From contig JBDOQK010000035.1 of assembly GCA_040437565.1 (NCBI GenBank), positions 124,001 to 188,000 of the forward strand: 64,000 nucleotides of DNA, read 5' to 3'. The position numbers were made by a program, and so were the translations under genes. Shown piece by piece: positions 25,550-36,890 of the stretch; position 1 is the first letter of the stretch; each line of letters starts with the position of its first letter. Source of the stretch: Albugo candida (lineage: Eukaryota). Below the pieces are notes generated by a model. That model was not told where the DNA came from, made no database searches, and saw only the letters and a list, made by a program, of their open reading frames with translations.

Positions 25550-25943
25550 TCAGAACCGTATTACATTGTTTGAGGTTGCCATGTGTTTCTTTCCCGGTTT
25601 TGTCGTTGATGCCAACGCCTTGTTCGAATTGATCGGAGCTACAGTTTCCTCAATCTCCTCTCCTTTCGTTACTTTCCCCACACAAGCATCAGATTGGGAA
25701 GAACGTATTGCTGGTAACTTTGTGAATGACATGGGGGAATAATAAATTGGGAGTGCAACCGATTCATTTGTCTTCAAATGAATTGCTTGAATTCCGTTCC
25801 ATTTTTTTCCAATCAAAGACGCGCATCGTTGCATTCCGACCATAATATTCTCGACAATTTGATCAACACCCATACCGAAATGAGCAATGCGTATATTCAT
25901 GCAGGCTCCGCAGCTTACAAACATGAATGTCTGTTTCTCCACC
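25550..25943 (-). CDS. RSL1D1: Ribosomal L1 domain-containing protein (RSL1D1/Utp30/Cic1 family), 3' part; the 5' part is lost in the gap
   Basis: GACMNIRIAHFGMGVDQIVENI...KKWNGIQAIHLKTNESVALPIY is the typical end of this family's L1 domain. Confidence 0.8.
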
Positions 25944-26147
25944 NNNNNNNNNNNNNNNNNNNNNNNNNNNNNNNNNNNNNNNNNNNNNNNNNNNNNNNNN
26001 NNNNNNNNNNNNNNNNNNNNNNNNNNNNNNNNNNNNNNNNNNNTATTGCTATGACGCTTCGATTGGCTAGTATTGTGTGCCTGTATTAACGAATACCAAC
26101 AAATTCTTACAGGACAAGTAGATTTCCTTTTTGGGTCGCGCGCGCGA

Positions 26148-29100
26148 ATGGAAAGAAAAAACGAGAATGTTTGCGAGGATTCCTTGTCGCCTTCTAAGAC
26201 CGGAGCGGCGAGTTCTCTTGCAAAATCGATCAATCAAGGTCTCCCTTCCGTTTCCCTCCTCCACACACCTCTTTACGCTCAATTTGATGCTTTCTAGAGC
26301 AAATAATTCATGAAATGGAGCAAAAATATTATCAGGCGAAAAATGAAGTCAAAAAGCTACAAAAAGACAAGAAAAAGGTCGCCATGGAAGCTCAAAATCT
26401 CCGTACGCGTTTGTATATTCATTTCCCCCAAAATTGCTGAATCATATTCTTTGCTCTCACTGATAGAAAAAGCTTGGGATGAGCTTCAACGCGTCCATTC
26501 AGAGCAGGAAATGCAAGTGATGGAGCTGCGCAGTCATAAAGCAGAAATGGAGGCGAAGAATGGTCAGTTAAAAGTTCAATTAGAAGCGGCTCAAAACAGC
26601 GCGGAAAGACAGCGGAAAGAAAAGGACCAGTTGCACGGTACGATGATGCAATCGATACAAATTGATGAACATTAACCATCCATTATATCACAGAAACTGT
26701 TCAAAGTCAGTTGGAAGAGGTCATCAGACTTCAGCAACAAAATGTGGAAGCTCATCGAAAAATCACTGACGTGCAAGTGGAGCTGGAAACTCTACGGCAA
26801 ACTCATGTTCGAGTGGAGAAAGAAAGAGATAGCCAAGCTCAGCACGTAGAGTGGCTGGAACGTCACTTCAGTGATAAAACCAAGCAGCTTCAAGCTGTGC
26901 GTCAGAGTTTGTATGTGAAGGAGGCTGAGCTGGAGTCGTGCAAATCAGCAAACAGCGAGGAGACGCATGCTTTGAAAGCACAGCTTGAGAGTTGTCGACT
27001 GTCGAATAAGAACATGGAGAAGAAAATGCTTTCGCTTCAGGAACAGTTGAAAGAAAGTCAAAGCACCCAAATTGAAGAACACGATCAATTTCAAAATGAA
27101 TTACGAACACAATCGCGTCTTGTGTCACTGTACAAAGAAGCCGCAGAAGCTGCTACCAAAAAGGTTGAGGAGATTGAACCTCGATGTCGAGATTTGGAGA
27201 CAGCGCTAGCAAATGCCAAAGAAGCTCTGTTGAAAGAAAGCGACCGCACAAGGCAACAAATTCAGCATATTTTTGACGAGCAATCAGCAGCTTCTGAAAG
27301 TCAGATTGCTGAATTGGAGATGAAGCTATCTGAAGCGAATGAAAGAGTGAAAGATATAGAGCAAAAAAATGAAAGAATCGTTCAGGATGCAGCAGCCATA
27401 TCGAAGTTATCTCCGGGAGCAGCGGAAGCACATCTTAGCGCCCACGGGCTCACACCAAAGCAATTGTTCGATCATATCGTGGAATTGAAAGAGACACTTG
27501 CGAAAGAGCAAAACGAGAAAGAAAAGGTGGAGATGTATCTTGAACGGATCGTTAAAGAAGTGGAAGAGAAAGCTCCTATTCTGAAAAATCTTCATCTAGA
27601 TCACCAACGATCAGTCACTGCTCAATTAAAAGTGACAGAACGACTGGAAGTGTGTATGCATGAACTCGAGCAAGCAAAGACAAGCGAAATGGCAGCAAGG
27701 CGGGAGAAAGGAGCTACCGAGCGCAAATGTGATCTTCTCGAACATTCAGTTAATGATTTATCTAGACAAATCCAGCATTTATTATTCCGAGCTCACAACA
27801 CCGATCTAAAAGAAGACACAGTGAAGGCCGGTACCATCGCTTCCGAAAATCTCGTAGTGTTTGACGATGTAATTGAATTGCAAACTCGCAATCGCCAACT
27901 CTTGAAAGTTGTGAGAGAACTGAGTGCATCGAAAAAGGCTCGACTTGTGTCCATTGAAGATGGCTCCGATGGAGTGGTTTCTCACTTCAGCAACTCAGAC
28001 GAAGAAGCGACAGACTCGGAAGCGAATGACGAAGTCAGAGAACGCTTGGAATTGTCTCACGCTGAATTGGAACGACTTCGAAATGAACGAGAAGAAGAAC
28101 GGAAAATGGTGGCAGCTATCGTCAAGCAACGAGATATGTACCGCGTGCTTTTGGCTCAATCTGACAGTAAATTTACGAGTGGTAAACATACAACGCCCGT
28201 GGCAGCGGAAGGATGTTCACCGAGCCAGAAAACGTCGTTTGATTCGGCGGCCGCTGCGTATACACTTCGCGAATTGCAATCAGAGTTTATGAAGTACAAA
28301 CAAGATAAGCAGGTCAATGTGAAAATCCTGCAGGAATCACAAGAAAAATTACAAACAGAACTCACACAAACCAGAAAGAAGAAAATTGAGGCTGAGGTTG
28401 AGTTGCAATGCACAAAAGATCGCCTCCAGTTTTACGAAGAAAGGTGTCGTGATGCTGAGGCAGAAAGCGTTCGATTGAGTGCCAAGTCGGAGCAGTTTGC
28501 CGGTCTTTTACTTCAGCATGAGAAACACCTCAATGAGCTTCAAACTCGGCTGGACTCTGAGACACAAACACTGCATGCTGCTCGCGTTAGTAAAGAGAGT
28601 GCCAATCGAGAAGTTCAATTCTGTAAAAGTCATATATCCGAGCTTCAAGAAGAACTCAAAACAGTCAGAAACGATAACACGAGTATTCTGCAATTGCTGG
28701 AATTGACGAGAAGATCAGAGGCGACATCAGCGGAGAATGAAGCAAGAGAAAAAGTATCTATAATCCAACGCGTAAAAGATTTGGAATTGCAGCTCAAAGA
28801 CGTTCAGGACAAGTCCGAGGCACAGGAAGCTCTAGCATCAGTCAATCTGGTTCATGTACAGCATGAAAAGAAAACTCTGGAGAAGGCATTTGAAGAGCTC
28901 AAGAAGAAGGATAACGAACATGTGGTCATGATATCGCGATTCGAAGAACAAACAAAGGCGTTAGAATCGAACAAAATTCTTTTACAGGACGAAGTCACGC
29001 ACCTACGGACTGAATTGGACAAAGGTGTCAATGTCGCAGCTTCCGATCGTATCGCTGCACTCGAATTGGAATTGAGAGATGCTCAACGAGCAAAACAATT

Positions 29101-31588
29101 GATCGAAGTGGCGAAGAAAAGCCTGGAAGAAAATGCTCTCAAGTACAAAGTGCTCGCAGAAGCGAACGAAAAGAGTCTGAATGAACTCTCTACCGCGAGT
29201 GAAAAGTGGAAGCTGTCTTATGAAGAATCGATCACGCATTTGAAGCTTGAGAATGACACTAAAGAGAAGGAACTCGCCGCTGTACGGACTCGGTTAAAAG
29301 ATCACGTGGCTGAAGAAAGCGTCATCAGAAAGCAACTAGATACTGAAAGTATGAGGAGAATCGACGCTGAAAGAAGTGCCAAGGAAGCACTCGAAGTGCA
29401 ACGGGTCCGTCAAGAAGCTGCTGAGAAACAGATGAACGCGTTTCAAAGCGAAATGAAAGCACTTCAGAGTCGCTTGAAGATTGCTGAGGAGAATTATGAA
29501 CGTGAATTACAACTTCATGCGAATCAAGTCGCCAGAACGGTTTGTTCAAGAAAATCGAATGAGGAAGAGAATCACAAGAGGCAAGAATTGGAAAACTCAG
29601 TCGCGGATTTAACAAGCAGGCTAAAGTGCATCCAAGACGAAGTGAATGTCGAGCGATCAGCTTCAGAAAATGAGCTGAAAGAAGCAAAGGAAGCTCTAAA
29701 GGCATTACAAGAACAAAATCAGCTCTTACACGCACAATTGGAACGCTCTTCAACTCAAATTCAACGCCTACAAGACGACAAATTGACGTCCAAACCATAC
29801 GCAACGGAGGACATCACGTGCTCCGAGAAAGAATTATACGATCTTCGCTGTATCGTTGCATTTCTGAGACGAGAAAATGAGATTTCCAACTCGAAATTGG
29901 AACTTTGCCGACAAGAAACTCAACGATTGAAATCACAAAATCAGACTCTGGAGACGGCAATCAAACGGCTCCGTTCGGAAATGCAAGAAATGAATGAAAT
30001 GTCAAAGTCAAATGAGAAGGATTCCAAAGTATCGCCAAATGAGAGTGGAATGCGTTTAGCGCAAATCGAGCAATTGAATCTTCTTCGAGAGAGTAATGCG
30101 ACCTTACGCGACGAAAATGAACGGAATGTGTCAAAATTGAAACAACAAATCGTCAAAGTTGAAGCATTACAATCGGAATTCGAACCTCTGAAAAAGAGAG
30201 AATTGACGCTTTCGTCTCAATTGGAAAATCTGAAAGAAGAAATTGAAGTACTGAAAGAAGCCAACAAACGGTGGAAGGCTCGCGTCGATCAACTTGTCGA
30301 AAAGTATCAGCAAGTGGATCCCGCAGACTACGAAAAAGTGTGCAAAGAGCGCGATCAATTACTCAAAGACGTCGATGCTCTCCGCTCGGAACGACTGAAA
30401 TTAGCAAATGAATTGGAAGGCGCTCGATCGAATGAAGGAAAATCGGCCCAGGAAGCTCAATTAATGATTGAAAATCTTCGGAAGCAATACGATCAAATCA
30501 AAGGATTTGCGAAAACATGGAAAGCCAAAGCAGAAGCATTCAGTAAGGAATTGGTTGAAAAGAAGAAAGAAGCAGACACATCAAAAGCGCGTGTCACCGA
30601 ATTGGAAATGGAATCCCAAGTTCTGCAAAGCAAATCGGCGGAATTGGCGGCAATGAATGCTTCTTTGGCTGAAAAAGAACGACAGGAAATTCTCGACAAA
30701 GTTGAAAGCGAATCGAAACGCACTGTCCAATTGCGCGATTTTAATAATCGCTTACTTACGAGTTTGAAGACACTGAAGAAAGAGAACATGGATTTAAAGA
30801 CTCAATTGGCGGAACAGGAGAAAGGCTCTGTCATTGAGGAAGGAAGCGTGTCAACGAGTCTGGTCACTTTTGTTCCCGAAGAAGCAGAATCGTCGACTGC
30901 TGAAGTAGCAAGCAGTATGCCGCCTTCTGCAAAGGAAGAAGATACAAAACTGTCAGCATCGGCAATCGCTCCGAAACCTCCATTAAGCGCATCGAAATCA
31001 GCGCTTTCCGCCGAAGAAAAACTTCGTATGTCAGTATTACAATCGATGAAAAAGCAGAAGCAAGCGCTTAAAGACTCGAGCGAAAATGCAGCTACGACCC
31101 ATCCACCGCTGATTCTATCGCAAACCGATGAAGCCAATGTAGAGAAAGAGACAACTGCATCGGCTTCGACTTCCGTGCCTTCCTTCCAGCCGCCAACATT
31201 TGCTTTTGCATCTGGCTCAGCGAAAGGATTGGTTTTTGGAAAGCCGGGAATCACACTTCCTGTTCCTTCTTCACCAACACCAGCGTCGGGGATCATGATA
31301 CCTGTGGACACCTCCAGCGAGAATGAGGCGACAGCTCAAGCCGCTCCGGAAGCCGATAAACGCATGCAACGCCTCGCGCGATTTGGAAATGCGGAGAAGG
31401 ATTCCGACGCTTTTGGAGCGATTTTGACGAAACGACAGGCACCAGCAGTACTGGAAGGCATGCCGGCATTGAAAGTGGCCAAAACGAGCGACGATAGCGC
31501 TGTGGAATCCGCAGATCTCACCGATTCTTCCAAGCAAATCGATGCGATCGCTAAAGCGAATGAAAGTAACGAAGAAAACAAACCTTAA
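26148..31588 (+). CDS. TPR: Nuclear basket coiled-coil protein TPR/Mlp1 (short 5' exons plus a long final exon)
   Basis: 1625-aa coiled-coil ORF with the TPR/Mlp hallmarks IVKEVEEKAPIL, ENLVVFDDVIELQTRNRQLLKVVREL, NYERELQLHA, FLRRENEI and LNLLRESNATLRDE. The start codon is inferred. Confidence 0.9.
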
Positions 31589-31688
31589 CTGAAAGTTAAG
31601 ATTGATAACGCTGTTATGTGTCTGTTGATATGAATTATAACTGTTCCATTAAATGGTCCAAATGGCCGACCTCGGAATCGGTCGCTGC

Positions 31689-32133
31689 ATGCGATTTTTA
31701 CAGTCTTTTACGCGCGGGATGAAGAAGCATGAACATATATCAGGTAGAGCGAGACGAGGACTATTTGCTGGGCGGGATAAAGGATTTGGAAACAATGTGA
31801 GTCACTCAAAACGAAGGTAAATTACTTTACAAGTTTATTGCATCGTGCTAATCAACCGCTAGAACACGCCGCTCGTGGAAAGTGAACCATCAGTATAAGC
31901 ATTTGTACAGCGAAGCACTCGATGAAAAGATTGGTCTCAACGTCACAACGCATACGCTTCGCTGTATCGATAAAATCGGCGGTTTGGATAACTATTTGCA
32001 GAGCATTTCGGACGAACAAGAATTGGGAATCAAAGGGCTCAAAGCAAAGAATCGTATCGTCGAAGCTCTTCAAACGCCAAAAGAAAACGATAAAAACTCT
32101 ATGATGACACATCAATTAACACAGACGGGCTAA
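31689..32133 (+). CDS. MRPL28: Mitochondrial ribosomal protein bL28m; intron 31817-31862
   Basis: The spliced product reads RARRGLFAGRDKGFGNNVSHSKRRTRRSWKVN...TTHTLRCIDKIGGLDNYL. Confidence 0.9.
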
Positions 32134-32150
32134 CTGTTAAAAATTTGTCA

Positions 32151-34511
32151 TTAAATCTCGCCCTCGCTACATTCACTCAGACGCGACAAATCGCATTCTT
32201 CCATAGACATACCGCTTGGTCCTGTTGGCCTGCTTAAGAGGGAAAAGTTTGCGATATCGCTGTCGAAATCGTCCACGCTGACATCGGACATATCTGTACT
32301 TCGATCATTTTCACTGTATATGGAGTTTTCGCGCACGAGGTCTGAGAATGCCTGATCGATTATCGACGTATCAGATTGCCACGAAGTTCGTAAACGCACT
32401 CGAGAATCATTGAGCGAATTTGTACTATCGCGAAGTCTACTTGCTGAAAAAATTGATGTAGTGTCACTGTTTGCTTGTATAGGGTCGTCTTGTGTGAGAC
32501 TATTGGCTGTAATATTCGAGTCTTTGAATTCCCATTGGATCGAACTTGGACCCCGTTGTTCCGATATTCGGAGTTGTGGTCTTCTAATCGGACTGTCACA
32601 GAACGAGTACAAATTCAGATTACCACTTAATTCAGATGACTGAGTGGGAGGTAGAGAACTCAGACTTGAAGTCGGACCGACGGAGGATTCCGAGTTTTGA
32701 TCGCGTGAACTTGTTGTCGACATGTTGAGTATGCTTGTAGCCCATACATTTTGTGTGTTTGAAGCCGACATGTCGGGTGTGCTTGCGAGGCGGTCCATGT
32801 AAGAGTAAGAGGACGGTAAAGCTTCCGTAAATGAGATGCTTTTGGGGTCTTGTATAAAAGTCGCTTTGGGGAGAGTTGCATATTGGCGTACTGGAGAACT
32901 GATCTCACTTTGACCNNNNNNNNNNNNNNNNNNNNNNNNNNNNNNNNNNNNNNNNNNNNNNNNNNNNNNNNNNNNNNNNNNNNNNNNNNNNNNNNNNNNN
33001 NNNNNNNNNNNNNNNTCGGAGTTGTGGTCTTCTAATCGGACTGTCACAGAACGAGTACAAATTCAGATTACCACTTAATTCAGATGACTGAGTGGGAGGT
33101 AGAGAACTCAGACTTGAAGTCGGACCGACGGAGGATTCCGAGTTTTGATCGCGTGAACTTGTTGTCGACATGTTGAGTATGCTTGTAGCCCATACATTTT
33201 GTGTGTTTGAAGCCGACATGTCGGGTGTGCTTGCGAGGCGGTCCATGTAAGAGTAAGAGGACGGTAAAGCTTCCGTAAATGAGATGCTTTTGGGGTCTTG
33301 TATAAAAGTCGCTTTGGGGAGAGTTGCATATTGGCGTACTGGAGAACTGATCTCACTTTGACCCGAAAACCGAGTTGTTGAGAGTGTATTGTTATTTCTT
33401 TGCTGGTGATAAATCACACTTTTGCCCGGTTGCTCCATTAAGTGATTAAAAGCCAATTGCTGCGCCTCTACTCGATCCGCAAGTTGATGATCGCGCTTTT
33501 TGCGAATGAAGAAAAGCAATCCGACTATTGCGAGGAGCACTCCAGCACCCATTACTAAAATGACCACAGTGCTCAATCTATCAGAACTGGAAGTCTTTGC
33601 ATTTTTGTTGTTAATTGCTTCTTTTTCTTCCTTTTCCTCACTGGCGGACGATTGGATAGGTGGGAGAGGAGAAGTCCGTATCGACGGTTTTGGTGTTGTG
33701 TTCTTCACTGACGCGGGTGCAACAACCGGAGGATTTTGAGGTTCTGAGATACGTTCTGATGAGGGATTCACTGTTGCTTCTGCTAAAATGGGTGTCGGTA
33801 GAGTTGGTGGAGTTGGAGTTGGTGGTGGAGTCGGTGGCGGAGTGGTTGGCGGAGGTGGAGTAGTTGGCGGAGGTGGAGTCGGTGGCGGAGGTGGAGTAGT
33901 TGGCGGAGGTGGAGTCGGTGGCGGAGGTGGAGTAGTTGGCGGAGGTGGAGGAGAAGGTTGTGTCGGTGGAGAAGGTTGTGTGGGTGGAGAAGGTTGTATG
34001 GGTGGAGAAGGTTGTATGGGTGGAGAAGGTTGTGTGGGTGGAGAAGGTTGTATGGGTGGAGAAGGTTGTGTGGGTGGAGAAGGTTGTATGGGTGGAGAAG
34101 NNNNNNNNNNNNNNNNNNNNNNNNNNNNNNNNNNNNNNNNNNNNNNNNNNNNNNNNNNNNNNNNNNNNNNNNNNNNNNNNNNNNNNNNNNNNNNNNNNNN
34201 GGAGAAGGTTGTATGGGTGGAGAAGGTTGTGTGGGTGGAGAAGGTTGTATGGGTGGAGAAGGTTGTGTGGGTGGAGAAGGTTGTATGGGTGGAGAAGGTT
34301 GTATGGGTGCAGAAGGAGGTTGTGAGGGAGATGAATCTGTTGGCGCTATAGAAGGATTTGTATGCGAAGGCTCTGATGAGGAGTCGTTCGAGATTTCATT
34401 GAGGGATCGAATTTGATCAAAATTTATTTGTATAAGTACGTTTTGCGTGCTGTAGAAGATATAGTGCGTGATCAAAATCACAAGAAGGTGAACGCATCGT
34501 GTTGATGCCAT
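32151..34511 (-). CDS. Type I membrane protein: signal peptide, Pro-rich repeat ectodomain, TM helix, Ser-rich cytoplasmic tail (spans two gaps)
   Basis: N-terminal MASTRCVHLLVILITHYIFYST, then (QPSPP[I/T])n and PPPPT(T) repeats, then the TM VVILVMGAGVLLAIVGLLFFI followed by RKKR. Confidence 0.75.
33810..34310. repeat. Coding tandem repeats: 18-bp ggagaaggttgt(a/g)tgggt and GGY-rich units
   Basis: Directly visible. The array is interrupted by the gap at 34101-34200. Confidence 0.9.
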
Positions 34512-34975
34512 GTGGGGAAAAAAACGCACTTTGGAAGCGTAAAAGTGCAAATGGAAGTATTCCGTACTGTGAGTGTAGACGATACTTGCCGATTACAAAA
34601 GTGTGGAAGTCACAGCGTGGTACGAGAACCGCCACATGGTGGCTAGGAGATGCTACAGGAGACATCTGTGTCCAGAGCTTCGCCAGGAACAGATTTACGA
34701 CAGCTGATGTTACCGACTCTCGTTTCGACCTAACCCGCGGGAAAGAACGATACCTGATTGGATAGAACACAAGCTATAAATACCTTCAAGACAAATTTTG
34801 CAGAAAGGATTACGTTTTTATTACTTGCATTTATATGATAAATTACCCATCGATACGCCCACGAAGAAAATGAAATTGTGTCCAACATTCATGACACATG
34901 TGTGCGTCGTCACCTGCGTAATTGTGATAATCTCTTTATCCCTTCTTCTTATGTCATTTGTATTCTTTCGCTCGT

Positions 34976-36515
34976 TTAGGTCACGACACAATTTTCTTTC
35001 CGGCGCCCGGCTTTTTCTTTATCTATCAACATTTTCTGAGTCATTTCAGCTACATAACGCCGGTTTAAGTTCAGAACAATGATAACAGATATCATACGAT
35101 CGAGTTGAAGTATAAAAGCATCTCGGGCGATTGTTTCCAACGCGCCACTCGTATTCTTCGATGTTTTCGCACTCGTTTCTACATAGATAAAACTTTATTA
35201 TCGCGTCTCCTAAGATAACATCTGCGTACCAATAAAACGACAATTGTAGTGATTAGCAGTTCGTTCTCCATCTGCGCACGACACAGTTCGGTTCTCAAGA
35301 TCGATCTTGTTGCCGACCAATAGCATTGCGGGGAGCTGCGAAGAAAATTGTCGAATATTGCTCATCCAATATTCCACATCTATCGCAAAAAATCAATTTA
35401 GCAAGTATCGAATACGATTTACGCACTGTCAAAGCCACGTTTATCAGTCACGTCGTAGACCAAAACAATTCCATTTGCACCCTTATAATACGCTAAGTAA
35501 ATATATCGATTGGGATTAATTCCAACAATGAAAAGTAAATTCTTACTAGAAACAATCCGATGAAACCGCTCTTGACCCGCAGTGTCCCACATCTGTAAGG
35601 TGATATCTTCCTCCCCCACCGAAATTTTCCCAAGTTTATAATCCACACTAAGAAGACCACAAACCCGTGAGAGACTTAGACTGTGTAAGCTTATTGGTAC
35701 CCGGCAGTGGCCAACATCGAGTCTGAAAACGTATCACCCGAGAATACTCGCATCAAACTGGTTTTACCGACACCTGAGTCACCGAGTAGAAGTAGTTTGA
35801 GTTTATGTTTCCTATTGAATCCAACACTCGGCATGGAAGCGGATCGAGACGCGTTCGAATGGGATAAATCGAATGATGGCGTTTGGATCGAGACCTTTGA
35901 TTTTGCCTTGATCAATTTGGACTTGAGAAATAGAGCTCCTGTCGTGATCGACTGGCAATCAACTGTGAATGAGTGTACTTCAAGTGGTGTGTAGCTACCG
36001 ACCTTGTTTAGTGTTTTCTCCGTTTTCAGCTTTTTTTCTTCCTCTTCTTCCAACTGTTTTTCTTCCATTTCTTCTTCCAATTGATACTGCTCGTTTGAAC
36101 TCTGCGTCGAATGGATTTTCGTCAACTCTGAAGACAATTGTAATCCTTTCGAAAGAGCATCAAGCGCTTGTGCCGATAAGGCTCCTGTTGGCTCAAGAAT
36201 TTCCACTTTCTTTCCACCATGCAGTCTTCCATCCTGCAATTTGGTGACATCCACCGGCGTGGAGCCCAAAAGAAATATTTTTGACAACGCTGCAGCATGT
36301 TTTGCGATTTCTTGACTCGATAGAGTCGAGTTTTGTTGACGCTCTTTTGTCGATGTAAAGCTTTGAGAGCGTTTACGTAACAGTTGGATTTCAGTTATTG
36401 CGTTCTCATCGATACAATGCTCAACACTGTCGCCGACGACCGAATGACTGCGAGAACGGCTGCGAGAACGGCTGTGCTCAATGTCGACTTCCCATGCTGT
36501 TTCACTTTCACTCAT
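34976..36515 (-). CDS. Rab-family GTPase (Rab8/Rab1-like) with a long N-terminal extension; multi-exon
   Basis: GDSGVGKT, WDTAGQERF, YYKGANGIVLVYDVT, LVGNKID and ETSAK motifs. The predicted C-terminus KENCVVT* is a CaaX-type end. Confidence 0.85.
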
Positions 36516-36890
36516 AGTGACACCTAGAATATATATTTTTAATGCCAATCTCAAATACTGCTGTTCGCAGTAAACGATTAAATCGATGATACAATCCGAA
36601 GATTGTGTGTTGAAAGCGCGCGGCGATCGAAGAGGTATACAGAGTATACAGCCGATCTTTCGTTTCGTTCTCGTCGTTAGTAACGGTACAAGCTACCAAA
36701 CTGATAAATTACCGCACCATCATGTGGAGCGAAGGTGTTCTTATCTTCGCTCCACATCGCACCAATATCGTTAAACGACAATGACAAAAATCACAATTCA
36801 AAGGTAAAAAGAGTCATGTACAGCATATAGGATGATATAGGTTATTCATTCCGAGAGATTTCCCGAAACGATTCAACTTAACTGCAACAG

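Noticed and set aside
26868-31581. Many short ORFs antisense to or nested in TPR
   Set aside because: Shadow ORFs of a long coding exon.
33940-34310. Regular 18-bp repeats as a CRISPR array or telomere
   Set aside because: There are no spacers and no cas genes, the context is eukaryotic, and the repeat lies inside a coding region.
33788-34416. Plus-strand ORFs rich in GGEGC / VWVEKV / WRRL
   Set aside because: These are antisense and off-frame readings of the Pro repeat. Only the minus frame links a signal peptide to a TM helix.
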